A stretch of 64,000 bases of DNA from the human T2T-CHM13v2.0 reference genome, Homo sapiens, in the NCBI RefSeq assembly GCF_009914755.1, contig NC_060927.1, one strand, 5' to 3'. Both the position numbers and the translations under genes were made by a program. Below, piece after piece: positions 25,411-38,599 of the stretch (position 1 is the first letter of the stretch; each line of letters opens with the position of its first letter). Under the pieces are notes generated by a model. That model was not told the DNA's origin. It searched no databases and saw only the letters and a program-made list of their open reading frames with translations.

Positions 25411-25603
25411 TACCAGCTTCTCATTCTCTGCAATAGTGACATTTGGGGCTGTCCTGCATGTTGTAGGATGATTAGCAGCATTCCTGGCCTTTACCTACTA
25501 GATGCCAGTAGCACCCCGCCCCCAGTTTTGACAACTGAAAATGTCACCAGACATTGCTGAATGTCCTCTGGGGGGCAAAATTGTCCCTGGTTGAGAACCA
25601 CTG
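25411..25603 (+). mobile_element. MER20 hAT-Charlie element
   Basis: 'ctactagatgccagtagcaccc...aaatgtcaccagacattgctgaatgtcctctggggggcaaaattgtccctggttgagaaccactg'. Confidence 0.9.
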
Positions 25604-27479
25604 CACTAGAGCAATATGGTCCCATTTTGGTTTAAAACAAGAGAGTGATGATAGACTATTGTTTTAGCCACAATTTATTCGGTGACTGTTTCATGCCAGG
25701 CACTGTGTAGAGCATGTTACAAATAGAATATCATTCCTCTGTGGCTAGTGGATTACAGGGAACTCTTTTATTTTAATGAGAAACACATAAACCATTGACT
25801 TTGGGTCTTCCAATTTCTCCAGTTAATTTGCAGGTTCTCCCTCTGCCTGCCACCCCACCCAGCAAGGAGGAGAGGAAGTGTTGAGAAGGGAAGAGATGAG
25901 TCCTGGCCCTGTCACTTCTTAGGGGTGTGCTTTTGAACAACCTGCTCACCATGTATGAACTTCACTCTTCTTGTTTATAAAATGAGGACAATGACACCTG
26001 CAAGACTGTGAGGTTTAAAAACAAAATCTGTGTTGAGAGGTAACTTGCCTCTTTTACTTACCAATGATTTCCTCAATGCCTGGTGACTGGGGCTGGTTCA
26101 TACTAGACGATCAATAAATGCTCCTTGAATGAATAGGTGGATGAAAGAAATGTCTGGCATCTATCACAGGTGCTGGCACTGATAAGTGCTTGATAAATAG
26201 GCTGGCTGACTGTGAGTGATGCTGACGGGCAAAGGACAGAGACACCAGGAAGGAGAACAGGACACGAAAGATAACTGTCTCAGCCCTTGGGGAGTTTCTG
26301 ACCCAGGAGGATGGGAACATCAATTATCAATAGTTACAGATCATTAAATAATTGCAAGTGTGAGGCGCACTATAAAGAGGAGGCTCAGAGTCCCCGCATG
26401 CTCACACTCACACCTGGCCACAGACAGGTGACACCCCTGGCTTGCCCAGGCCAGCGGGTCTGCAATGAGGCCAAGGACCTGGGCTCTTGAGAAGTTTTAA
26501 GTTTGAAAACATTGCTTTTTAAGCTTAAAACAATGAACCTTAATAAAAGTAAACACTTCCATTGAGCTTTGAAACACTTAATAGGAGTTAAAAGTAATTA
26601 GGCTAATAAAATAGTCTTTTGTTCCAATTCAATAAGTGCTTTCTTTTATTAACTTCATTGTCCTTTAAGATTGGGATTACGGTTTGTCTGCATTTGGAAA
26701 AGGTCACATTTGCCCAAAGACTGATGGGTGATAACAGTAAGGCAGCCCCCTGCACAGGGAGAGGCCAGTAAGAGCCTGGGCTCCATGAAACTGCATTTCA
26801 ACTCCAACCCTGATGTCCTGCCTGTCTCCTGGGCATGTTTATCTTACACTGCTAAGCATCAGTCTCATTTGTACAGTGAGAATAATATCACTGTGTAAGG
26901 TTGTATTGAGAATTAAGAGAGCTCACGTATGCCTGTAAAGTACCTGGCATACCGCAGGGTACAAGGAGGGCGTTGTTAGCTGTGATGGCCCCTTTCCTTC
27001 TTCCCTTTACTTCAGAGGTGACCTCTCCAAATCACATTTAGTCCTTAAACCTCAGGTCAGGCGATAGTGCTGATGGGAAACCCTCCCACCCAGGTTTGGC
27101 TGCAAGTCACTCCTCTGGGCTCCTCTGGGCTCCTACAGCCTCCCGCATGGTCCCTCTCATGCATCCTTGTGATGGTCTGACCAGGAGCTTCTTGAGGACA
27201 GGGGTTGGGGCCACTTGCCTGCGTGCTTCTCCATGCCCATTTGCTATCAGATGCCTTCCCCTTTCTGCTCTGCACTGCGGGGAACTACATTTTCCAGGCT
27301 CCCTGGGCAGTGGCAGGCTTCCGGCTAGTTTCTACCAAGGGGAGCGCTGATGGGAGATGAAAAAGTGGGAAAAAAGGAGAAGCCAGGATGCTTCTCTGTC
27401 TCGTCTTCCTTTTTCTCTTTCAGGGGTTTTTGGTAGTGGCTGTGTCTCCCTGATAGCTCCTCTCTATGATCCAGCCCTG

Positions 27480-27708
27480 CTTGGCAGCCCTGGCTTCTGG
27501 GTTCTGAAAACACCACGTTCCTCCTTGTGTCCCTCTATCTAGTAATTGGCAGCTTTCTGATGTTGCTAAGTTCTGACTTGCTTCACCATCTCCTATTTGG
27601 CTCCTCAGCTTTTCCATCTTCTGTGTAACCTGTTCCCCGTACTAAATTTCCTCTGTGTGAAATGCCTAGCATGGTTTCTGTTTCCGTGGTGGGACTCAGA
27701 CGGATACA
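27480..27708 (+). mobile_element. ERVL-type LTR 3' part (LTR40/41/52-like)
   Basis: End 'actaaatttcctctgtgtgaaatgcctagcatggtttctgtttcc...gacggataca' resembles these LTR 3' termini. Confidence 0.45.
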
Positions 27709-28309
27709 TTCTGTGTCCCTAAGCCTCTGACACAGCACCTGACCCATGATAGGATCTCAGGAAGCTCTTTTTTGGCTGAGTACATTTCCCATTGCAATAT
27801 TCCCCAAAGGTGGGATTTTGTTCATCTTTTTACAGGCTTTCCTCTGGCCCTCCCTTGCTTTCTGTAGCTTTAGCAGGCCAGAAGCATGAGGAGCAATTAA
27901 AGTGAGCACCAGCCCCAGAAAAGTAGTGATCAAATGTTTAAAGTTCTTGAAAATTCTGTCTAGTTCATTTCTATTTCATTTTCTTAAGCCCCAGATTCTA
28001 ATTGTATCTGTCTACACAACAAGTGTAATCAGGGAGCCAAAATTAAATTTCCCCAATCCCTGCCCTTCTAATCAATCACAAATCACGAATGAAAAGAGCA
28101 GATTCAAGTGGAAGAATCAGCTCCAGGAGGCCAGTCTTTCCATTAGCTCTGTTAGGCTCTCCACAGAGGTGGGACCTATCTCTCCCCACCCACTCCGCCC
28201 CAGCAGGGGAAAATGCAAACAAGTCACTTTTGATGACCACCTGTCTGCAGTGGTATTGGTCTCAAAGGAGACCTAAAGTGAATGCCAATTTCAGAAAAAT
28301 AAAGTTTGG

Positions 28310-28737
28310 GGATATGGTTTGGATGTTTGTCCCCACCACCCCCACCCCACCAATTTCATGTTGAAGTGTGATTCCCAATGTTGGATGTAGGTTCTGGTGG
28401 GAGGTGATTGGATCATGGTGATGGATTCATTATGAATGGTTTAGTGCCATCCCCTTGGTGATAATGAGTTCTCACTTGGTTAGTTTTTGTGAGATCTGGT
28501 TGTTTAAAAGAGCCCAGAACCTCCACCTGACTGTTTCTTGCTCTCTTTCTTGCCATGTGACATCACTGGCTCCCCCTTTGCCTTGTGCAATGATTATAAC
28601 CTTCCTGAGGCCCTTATTGGAGGTAGATGCCAGAGCCATACTCGTACAGCCTGCACAACTGTGAGTCAATTAAACCTCTTTTCTTTATAAATTACCCAGT
28701 CCCAGGTACTTATAGCAATGCAAAAACTATCTAACAC
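28310..28737 (+). mobile_element. MSTB-like MaLR solo LTR
   Basis: Starts gatatggtttggatgtttgtccc and ends 'taaacctcttttctttataaattacccagtc...tatagcaatgcaaaa...ctaacac'. Confidence 0.9.
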
Positions 28738-29289
28738 TCCTGGTTTCAAGTGATTGGGAAGAAATGGGATTAGAGGTCTCTGAAGATGCCAGGGCTCTGG
28801 AGATTGCTGGGGGAAGGATAGCCCTGTCCCTGTCAGGGGCCGCCTCCTGTGTGGAGGGCCTTAGGGCTCTGGAGAGAGAACCCCTGTGTTCAAATTCTGC
28901 CTCTGCTACTTACCAAATATGGGACTTTGAGTATTTCACCTGGTCTGAATGGGCACCTACATCCTAGTCCTGGAAACAGCTCAAATAGGGACAGAGGAGG
29001 TGCTTAACAAAGGATTAAGCCTACAACCTGGATCTATTCCTTGCCTTGAAGACCAGTTGAGGGCCCAGGATGAGCCTCCTGTGGGTGCACTAGCTCTGCT
29101 TTAATTGCCTAGTTGTTCTAAAATGAATCTTCCTTTGCATTGGAGAAAAAAACAACAGAGGCTACAGAAAGCCCCTGGGGTCTGTCTCAGCTGCTATTGC
29201 TCTGACTGTGGTCTGTGAACCCTGGGTAGGCAAGACATAGCTCCCACCTGTTCCTCTTTTCATCTCTTGCTGGTGAGGAGCAGGTGTTC

Positions 29290-29665
29290 TTTCCAAGCTT
29301 CTCCTATCTCTCTCCCCTCTTCTTACTTGTTCCAGTCTTTCTCCCTCCTCTTCCCTCTCCTCTTCTTTCTTCTTCCTTTGCCTTATCCTCTTCCCTGCTT
29401 TCCTCTCTCCCATTCTTTCCCCCTCCTCTGCTCTTTTCTCCTCTCTCTTTCTCTCCTCTCCCTTCCTCTTCCCTCTGCCTTCCTCTTCACTTCCCTTTCC
29501 TCCTACCCTTTCCCCTCCTTTCCCATCTTCTCTCCTCCTCTACCCCCTCATCCCTTCCTCTTCACCTCTCCCCTCTGTTTCCCTTCCTCTCCCTGCAACA
29601 TTCTCTCCTCTCCTCCTTCCTCCTTTCTCTTCTTCCTCATTCTCCCCTCCTGTCCCTTCTGTAGC
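29290..29665. repeat. CT-rich low-complexity polypyrimidine tract
   Basis: About 370 bp that are overwhelmingly C/T on the + strand. Confidence 0.9.
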
Positions 29666-30214
29666 TCCCCTTATCCCTTGTGGCATCAGCATCTCCCAGC
29701 CTCAAAACTGGCAGTCACTGTTTCATCAGCTCTGGCCCCAGCCAAAACCTCCCTCCCTTCTCAGCCAGCAGCAGCTGCTGGACTCTTGAAGGGGGTAACA
29801 ATTAGTCATTGGAGGGTGGCAGTGGTTGAGGGAGACAGAGCGTGCCAGCCTTTGCAGTCATTGCTCTGTCACCTCATGTACAACAGGCTTAACTCAACAC
29901 GTGATCTTCCCTTTGGCACCCCCCTCTCCCTCTGCCACTGCTGAGCTGTGTTGTGTGTATTTGTCCTCCCTCGTCCCCACACCCACAACCATCTTTATGC
30001 CCTCACCTCCTCTGTGAGCTTTATGCAGCCCTGCCTAGTGTGGCAGCTCCTTAAAGCACCTCTCTTGTTCTTCCCTTCCTTCCTGTGACCACTCCCTATC
30101 CCTAATATGGGTCCCTCACTGCTTCTCCCCTGAAATACTTGATCCTGGGTTCCTCTCCCCACCTTCATCTGTCCTGTCAACAATGACTGGAGTGCATTCC
30201 TGGTTCATGTCCTC

Positions 30215-30895
30215 CTAGGGATGAAAAAGAGTGACATCTTTCCTCCCCACCACACTCCTAGAACAAAAGATAGGTTAACAAGAGAAAAGCATAACACATT
30301 TATTTAATCAAGCTTTTATGTGATATGGGAGACTTCAAAAATGAAGACCCCAAGACCCAGGGGAAACTGTTTTTATGCTTAGGTTTGATGAAGAGTGGAC
30401 AGCCATGTACTCTTTTTGTATTGGACAAAAGGGGTATAATCCAGTAGTAATAGACTGAATGGGAAAACCCAGCAAGGCCTGTCTGTTCAGATTCTTCTTG
30501 GCCTCTCTGTTGTAGCATTTCTTCCTTCTGGGTATGATGCAGGACCCCTCTGCAATGAGGGCCTTAGGATCTAATATCAGATAAGGGTAGGTCAGAGAAT
30601 TTCTTTTTGGCCACCTCCTAGACAGAAGGGGATGGGGAGGTCAGAGTAGTATTTCCAGGGTTCATGGCTTACTTTGGGGGAGAGGGGTTCCAGTTTTTAT
30701 GACCCACCTAGGGTACAAGGAATTATGTTTCTATGACTTGCTTTGAGGGAGAAATGAGGGGTGAGAGATAGGAAGCAGGAAGTCAAAGAGACCATGGTTC
30801 TGAGGTTGCTTCTGAGGTCTTCCAATGTCCTTTAGTTCAAAGTACTCAGCACACCAAAGTGCTATACTTTGGGGTATCATTTTCTGAGCTGCAGA
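30215..30895 (-). mobile_element. MER39-like ERV1 (MER4-group) solo LTR
   Basis: Reverse strand begins 'gctcagaaaatgataccccaaagtatagcactttggtgtgctgagtactttgaactaaagga', matching the recalled MER39 start. Confidence 0.75.
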
Positions 30896-31729
30896 ATCCC
30901 GGATACATCACTCTCCTCAGAAGCTCTGGCTCTCCTGGTGCACTGACTGAGACCAAACAAGTGTTCATGACCTACCCGAGCCTGAGAGAACAGCCCTCCA
31001 GATCCTGGTCCTCCTGCCTTCCACCATGGGCAAGAACCCCCACCCCACCTCTCCCCAACCCTCCTTGCCTTTTTCTGCTTCATGCCTTTGCTTGTGCTGG
31101 TTCCTTCTCCACCTGTTCCCATCACCCATACCCTGTTCCCATCACCCACTGCCATTATCCAGGGCCTAAACATCTCCCCCATTATGAAGCTGCTCTAGAG
31201 AGGGTGACGTCGCTTCTCTTATAGGACTCGTTGGACACAGTCAGGGGCCCTAATACTGCATCAGCAGAAAGATGTGTGAGTGGTTCACATGACCTTTGAC
31301 CACTGACTTTACTCACCTATGGAGGTGGACTTGGGCTTTTGCTTGAGAATGTGGGTGTGCATATGTGGGAAAATATGTTTAAAATGATCATGCTTTGGAT
31401 GAACGAGGCTGGGTTTACCAGTGTATTTGCTAAGCACTTGCAGAGGACTCGACTGGGGAGCTTGAAATAATACATATTCCAGGGCCCTGTCCCTGACCTC
31501 AGAACCAGATTAGAGGAGCAGGGGAGGCGGCAGTAATCTGTGTTTTTAATAAGTCCTTCTGTTTGATCTTCACATTTGGAAATGACTACAGTAAGTGATC
31601 TCAGTATTAAAACTCTTAGAAAGCAAAGAGTTTTCATGAAGGAAATAATCACCTCATTATATATGTATTACAATGGATAAATATATGGGATTGGGGAGGA
31701 GAATCTGTATATAGGGAGAGAATTGACTG

Positions 31730-31935
31730 TTGTTTCAGGCACTGTACCACAGGGTCTTATTCATTCCTTACTACTTCCCATGCAGCAGGTTCTATAATCC
31801 TTACTTTACAGATGAGAAAGGGGAGGCTCAGAGAGGGGAAGTAACTGCTGCATAGTCACACAGCTGGAGAGTGACAAGGTCCATGTTCAAACCAAGGGCT
31901 GATGCCAAAGTCCAAGCTTGAACCACACTGCAATG
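31730..31935 (-). mobile_element. MIR
   Basis: 'ctttacagatgagaaaggggaggctcagagaggggaagtaactg'. Confidence 0.75.
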
Positions 31936-33719
31936 CTGCCCATTTGTGAGCCTGAATTTTTTTTTTAACTTTCAAGGACAGGTTTTCTTTAACTTTCAAG
32001 AACAGGCCCCACTGGTTAATGGCTAACCCCAATGTCTCTCATGATACTCCCTGGAGGTGGGGTTCTGAGGTTCCAAGAGTGCTTCCCACTGGCCTGCCCT
32101 GTCCTCAGTATAAGCCCTAGATGGGTCTTAAAATTTAATCTTTTCTACTGTATTCCCGACTAGGCTTGTTGGTGCTGGAGTGAAGCATTCCTGCCATGGT
32201 TTGGTTCTGAAACAGGCTGAGGGAACAGAAATATGAGAGAGGCAACTTGACTTATCCCATCCACAGTGAGTGCTGGAATGAAAAGAAGGCCCTGGCCCAA
32301 AATAGATGCCCAGGCTTTTCAATGGGACCTAAAATTTTACTACTTTGAGTTCAGATGCATCTTCTTTGAAAAAGAATTATCAGTAGAATGAATACAGCCA
32401 CCATGAGTCTTTCATACTGTAGGTAAACTAATTCATTCAGTTACTTTTCATTTGTGGAAAAAATATACTGAGACTATTCCACTTGGAAAATGAGAGTTTT
32501 AAAGTATATTGTTGCCATGTATAATTGAAAAAGTGGCATGCACATGTTGGGAATGAGTTCATTGCTTCCAAAGCACACTGTGGATGTGGAACTCTTCTGG
32601 GTGAAGGGGATTCCATGGTTTCAGGCTGGGTGTCTTTGCTGGAGGACTTGTCAAAGCTTTAAAAATGCTAATTCTCATTGTGAATTTCTAGGAAGGGGAT
32701 ATAGTTCTCCAAATTTATTTGACCATAAACCTTTTCATGGAATCTTAACCCAGGATCAAAAATAAATACTAACCCCTTACCTGCGCAGAATACTTCACAG
32801 TGAGTCCCCAGTGGGCTTCAGACACAACCTCATTCAATAGGGTTTTCTTGAGGGACAGATGAGAGGTCATTTGAGCCTGTGGCGAGCAAGGGCAAGCCTG
32901 GCGAGAGTGATAGGAGTGGGGATGGGCTCTTGGGGAAGCTCTAGGAAGGTGGGGACAAAGGGCCCACTTCACTGGTCCCTCTACTTGGTTCCCTGTCTGC
33001 CCCAGGAGAGGAGGCCTGCACTTCCTCAGGAGGCTCCCCTTCCTCCCCAGCGCCTCTCACTGACTTGACCAAAAAGGCCATGCATGTGAGAGAACTCCGC
33101 CTCCTCCGTTCTCCCGGCTAACATGAGGCTCCAGCCAGGCACTTTTCTGGCTTTCTTGCTGCAGGAACATGGCTTGGTTGTTTGGGAGCACAGCTTGCCA
33201 GGAGGCCCATAGCATGATGGCTTGATCAAAGGGCTTGAGCCAAGGCTGGCCCTGGGCCACATGGCTGGATTGCAGCCTTTCTATCCATCCCCCTAATCCC
33301 ATTTAGGATGTTCAGGATCAATGAAAAGATCTGATCATTCAAATCATACCAAAGTGTGCTAACACCATGTGCTACCCCTCTGGGGATAAACCTGCTTTAC
33401 AAAGAGAATGCTTGCCTAATGGTGGGACAGAAGGATGAAGGACATGCCTTTTACCTGTGGGACCCCATGAATTTAGGACCCCGTGAATGATCCATCACAA
33501 ATCCGTCTGCATTAACCACTCTGTCCTTCCAGGTGCACTATTCCATCTGCGTATCCAGCAGCAAAATACAATTCTGCTCAGAATAATGAACCTAATGTTC
33601 TGAAGGCACCAGAAGGTTGTGGAAGTATTGACCTATCTCTAGTTAGCATCTGCTCACCAGGACCCCTGAGACTGTGGAGGGGGTAACTCAGCAGAAGGAC
33701 CAGGGCTAACAGGGACTGA

Positions 33720-33935
33720 ATCCTTACCACATACCAGGGCCCGTTCCAAACACTTTGCATGTTTTAAATTGCTTAATCCTCACAATGACCCAGTGGAGGA
33801 GATGATAGTTTTGTCTCTTCTTCATATTATGATAGAGGAAAATGAGGACAGAGAGGCCAAATGACAGGCCCATGGTCAACCAGCTAAGAAGTGAAGGGGC
33901 AGGACTTGAATTCAGGCCTCCTGGCCCCAGAGTTT
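33720..33935 (-). mobile_element. MIR
   Basis: 'cttaatcctcacaatgaccc...gaggaaaatgaggacagagagg...caggacttgaattcagg'. Confidence 0.75.
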
Positions 33936-34455
33936 GCAGCACCTGGCATGTGGCAGTAGTTGAGAAGTTACACTGAGTCTGAGTAGACCTGTAGTTAGTG
34001 ACCCCCTCCACAGCACAAGGCTGATGGACAGTGGGCTGGCTTGGGCCAAGAGCAGCTGGCACTGCAGATCTGTTGGAATAGCTCTGCCCAGGCTGCCCAG
34101 GGCAAGTTGCAGACTGGGAGGCATATGTATCCTAAAATAGAACTTTTGAGAAATAATGTGCATCCAAAGGAATGAGTCTCAGACGAGGATGTTCAAGAAT
34201 CAGTAGCAGATGCTGTGCGGGCCACAGAATGTTTCTAGGTAAAATGCCCTCCTCCCCACCCCCCATGTCCCCCACAACCAACAAACAAGCTAAGAAAAAA
34301 GAAACAAAATAAAATAAATTGAAACAAATTAATAAACATGCAAAAACCACACAGACAGTCATCTCTTCTGTCTGTGGGTAAAACTGACAGCTCTAGAAAT
34401 AAACGGAGATCCATATAAAGGGTTTCAAAATATGGGAGTAATTTTTGTTTTTCCA

Positions 34456-34461
34456 TTTAAT
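34456..34461 (-). terminator. RBP2: RBP2 polyadenylation signal (ATTAAA)
   Basis: tttaat on + strand, about 187 nt after the stop codon. U/GU-rich sequence follows on the minus strand. Confidence 0.7.
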
Positions 34462-34647
34462 GCTAGGTTTCAAAGGAGGGGAATATGTCTATCACTGCTA
34501 CATAGGCATTCTGTTTAAAACCCACCCAGATGCCTTAATGGGGCTCTGTCAAGAGTGGGAAGGTCCCCACAGCTGTTTCTCAAAGCCAGTAGACCACTCA
34601 GTGTGGGCAGTGGGGAGCTTGTGCTTGGCAGGCCTCCCACGTCGCCA

Positions 34648-34698
34648 TCATTTCTTTTTGAACACTTGACGGCACACCTGGTCACCACAGGTCAGCTC
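34648..34698 (-). CDS. RBP2: Cellular retinol-binding protein 2, coding exon 4 (ELTCGDQVCRQVFKKK*)
   Basis: Acceptor ...ttgcag|GAG, 51 nt including TGA. Completes the 134-aa CRBP2 C-terminus. Confidence 0.98.
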   Translation of the reverse strand, partial: ELTCGDQVCRQVFKKK

Positions 34699-36260
34699 CT
34701 GCAACGTCAGAAAGTGGGTGAGGGTCTAACAAGCCAGGCCTTTCTTCTGCCCAGCCCTCAGCCCCCTTGGTATCTGGGGGTGGGAGGTTGGAATAAAGAG
34801 GACACTTAGGTATTCTGGGCAAAGTGCATCTCACAGACCCAATCAGCGGGCATGCCCTGCAGGTAGCAGTAATTTGATTTTGACACTTGAATTGAGCTTG
34901 AACAACTATAAAAATGAAAAATGCAAAGAAATGACCCTCTTGGGCAGGATTTCTCCTACTCCCATGATTAAAGTAACATGACCTAATTTATAAAAGGCAG
35001 CGAAGCCATGAGGAAGGAAAGGACCTAGTGTAGAGAAGTGTTTGGAAGGTAGGGGCCTGAAAAGATGCTGGCCAGTGAGCTGCCCCTCCACCCTGTGGGC
35101 TTTCTGGCCTCTGGTGATTAGAACATTGGCTGGTGGTGGCGCAGGTACCCGCAGGGTGTGAGGTGCAGAAGGGCTTTCCCAGGCTTGCCTGTGCAGCCGA
35201 CAAGGTCCCGCTTTTCATCCAGATAGAGGGAGCCCAGGCCTTATTTGACCCTCACTGATCCTCGAAGGAGGAGGGAAAAACATGAGTGTGGGAAGGACCA
35301 CCACAATCATTGCAGTTGACTGTGAATCCATTGTCTAAGCCACAGAGAGCACTGGGGATTGTATTACAATTAGAAAAATCCACCATCCAAACCAGTGCAG
35401 GTAGGGAAAGCCATCAATGCAAAACACGATAAATGCCTCCCATATATCATTAGCTGACATTGCCTTCAAAATAAAGATCTCAGGTGAAGCAAGGCTGGCT
35501 GTGAAGGGCACTGTGGCAACCTGAATACTGACATTGGAGCCAGGTACCTGCCTCATTCCAAAGGTGAGTGAATTAATGAATGAAGAGCCATTCACTGAAT
35601 GAGCCATTCATTTACAAATGAGCGAAAAAGGATGAAGGAGTGAGAGATTTTTCACCATTTGAATGCTGAACCCATGAAGTGCCTTGAAGATTGAAGAATA
35701 AAAAATTAAGCTGTCTCAACAGGTATAAGATATTTAAGGATATCAGTTATTGTTCCTACTGCTCTGTTCTAGTACCAAATTACCTTAAAATATTTTGGGG
35801 TCAGGAGGACATACCTCATGGAGAGAGGTCAATACCTGTGGCAGTTCCCAGGCAGAGTGGGTCCTGTCTCCTCCCCACCCCACTCTCTCTCCCAGGCTCC
35901 CATCATTATGAGAAGGCCCTGTCCCACCCTCCTCCAGGGCATCTAAATTCTGTGGCTCACATTTCTCCCCAGCTGGTCTTTAGCAGGTTCCCTGTATTTC
36001 TCCTTGGATCTCTGCTTCCTAACTCAGCATTTTGAACTTTCTTTTGAATTGCAGCTGTTCACAGAAACAGCCATATAGATTTCTTCCTGGAGTCCCCTGA
36101 GCCAGATGGGAATGGCTTTCTGACTATATGACCACATGCATTTGGCTGGAGCTCGGGGTAGGAGTGCAGGGCCATTTTTCTTGTCAAAACACCTGGCTAG
36201 GTGACCACAGTAGCGTGTGTAAGCACAATGGAAGTGAGCTGAGCAGAACCCAGTGCTTAC

Positions 36261-36362
36261 CAGGTACAGCTTGTCCCCCTCAATCCACTGCTTCCAGCCG
36301 CGGTTCTCCTTCTCCCCCTTTTGCACACACACAAGGACATCACCTTCCCAGGTGACCAGTGC
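36261..36362 (-). CDS. RBP2: RBP2 coding exon 3 ([34 protein letters not shown])
   Basis: Acceptor ctttacag|GCA, donor CTG|gtaagc, 102 nt. Contains W106 and the retinol-binding Q108 of CRBPs. Confidence 0.98.
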
Positions 36363-36689
36363 CTGTAAAGACAGATTCCCAGGCAAATCAAACACATGGT
36401 CTTGAGGGACTGAACAAATCTAAACCTGCAGCTGCAATTCCTGCAGCCATTTCAGGGTCTTGCTTACTCGAAGGGCAGAGCCCTCAGCCTCAGGGAGCCA
36501 AGATGCTTCCAATGTCATTTTCCACATACACCCTCCATTCCAGCCAAACCAGCTTATCTTGGCTTGCTCTGTTTTCTTTCAAGGAATTCTACTCTTCCAT
36601 TTTTCCTTATGGTAAAAATAGCATTTCAAATCAGTGGGGAGAAGATGATAAATTTCACTATATAACGATGTAAAATTTCTGGAAGGGGA

Positions 36690-37160
36690 AAATACCTTAA
36701 AGTCAACAGAGAAACAAAAAACTGGGGGAAAATGATAACATATCAGCAAAGATTTGATTTCCTTATATATATAAAGGGCTCCTGTAAATCAATAAGAAAA
36801 ATGTCATTAACTTAATAGTTCACGTTAACAAAGAACATGAACCAACAGCTTACAAGGGGGAGAGAGCCCTAGCAGATGGCTTCTAAACATAAGAAAAGAC
36901 ATTCAGCCTCACATTATAAGAGAAATGCAAATGAAGACTTTGTTTTTCAGATACAATTCATCATATGGTCAAAGATCAAAGAGTTTGATAATACACTGAA
37001 TTGGAGGGAGAGTAGAGAAGCAGGCACTCTCTCTTATACAGGGCACATGGGGATATAAATTGGTATAAATCTCTTTGGAGGGCAATTTTATATTACCTTT
37101 CAAAATATAAAACTGCATGTACTTTCTGACCTAGAAATTCTACTTCTGGGAATTTCTCCT
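36690..37160 (+). mobile_element. L1ME-type ORF2 3' remnant
   Basis: 'aaatcaataagaaaa...aaacataagaaaagacattcagcctcac...agagaaatgcaaat'. Confidence 0.6.
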
Positions 37161-37172
37161 TCAGGAATCACA

Positions 37173-37950
37173 CTGTGAGACCTGCCCACTATAGGACACC
37201 AATAAAGGCAGGGGAGCTCCCTAAATAATCAGGGGGTTGCCCAGATGGCTCCAGTACCTGCCTTCTTATCCAGAACCAGATGGGTGGACCTTCTGGTTCT
37301 TGGGTTCCTCCCAGCAGCAATGCCAACTGGTTAATAGCACAGGGGCAGCAGCAGAACATGTGCTGAACAGCCAGGCTACAGTGGCCAGCAGGTTGGAGAA
37401 GCCGTAGGCCTTCTGAATCCCAAGAGTGCTCAAACCCCTGTGTACATGTTTACAAACTATTTACTCTTCAAATTTCTCCTCCTTCTGTTCCCCACTTTTA
37501 CCCCTCCTAATACCTGCTATAATCTGTACTACCCCTAGGTGGTCCTACAGGGCCAACCACTTCTGTGCCCAAATTAGGCGTGCCCTTCCTGAGATGATTA
37601 TGTCATTCCCATCTGAAGAATGGTTCTGTGCCTGTGTTGTTCTTCTTCGGGGATGACCCTGATGCTAGCTGATTTTCTTCCAAGTATGTGCAAACTACAT
37701 TATGCCTCTCTGAACAATATTATGCTAAGGACCAGATGTTTACTTTTCTTGGTGTCTTGTAAACCCAGTTGGTGATAAACTGACCTGTGGTTTTTTCCCC
37801 AGTGTCCTTGTACATTTGGGCCTGTTTTTTTTGGTACAAATCTGTTTTCTACAGATTGTTAAATCTACCTATTTCTAAAATAATATTTGACCTTGACCAT
37901 ATTATATACTTTATGTGCAATTTTATTCCTTCTCATTTTACTCCCCAGTG
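37173..37950 (+). mobile_element. Probable ERVL LTR (MER54/LTR53/MER74-like) inserted in L1
   Basis: Begins tgtgagacctgcccactat. L1-like sequence resumes after about 37955. Confidence 0.4.
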
Positions 37951-38599
37951 CATCACAGCATTCTTTGTTACAGCAAAGGACTAGAAGCTTCGTAAATTCT
38001 GTCAGTGGGTGGCTAGTTAAATATGGTATGGTTCATCCCTGCTATGCAGTCATTGAAAGAATATAGCCGTAGTGTATGGTTTAAGTCGAAAAAGCAAGGA
38101 GCAGAGCCAAATGCATAAAGCAGACGGGGGTGGGTATGCATGCATGCATATGTCTGTACATGTTTCCTGCAAGGAAGTAAAAGAAACCCTTACTAGTGAT
38201 TGTCCCTGAGGAGAGAACTTGTGGCTGGGGCTAGGATAGAAAGAAAATGTTACTTTTTACTTTTTGATTTTTTTTAACCATCTGCATGTATTCATATTCC
38301 CAAAGCTAATTTGAAAATAAAATTCTACATGTTTTCTAAAGAAAAAAAAGGTCTCCTTTTCCTTTAGGACCATCCTAAACCTCACATCTTTAAAGGTCTT
38401 GGAGAAGCTATATTCATAGGTTGCCTTCCTTGCTCTTTTGGGAGGAAGATGTCTGGAATAATAATTTGCTCTTTCTTATCATGAGCCTTGGACTCTGAGT
38501 TTTCCTCTAAACAGATGAGAAAGGACTCATGTCTTCAATTTGGGCAAGGACGGTGTCGTCTGTCCTCCTCACTCCCAGATTGCCTCACACATGATAGAT

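Noticed and set aside
29267-29944. Longest ORF in the window (225 aa) and the overlapping 126-aa ORF
   Set aside because: The open frame comes from the stop-poor CT-rich tract. The S/P/L/F low-complexity translation has no domain and no splice or promoter support.
36024-36395. 123-aa ORF as an independent FABP-like gene
   Set aside because: It is RBP2 exon 3 plus flanking intronic in-frame sequence, with canonical splice sites at 36362 and 36261.
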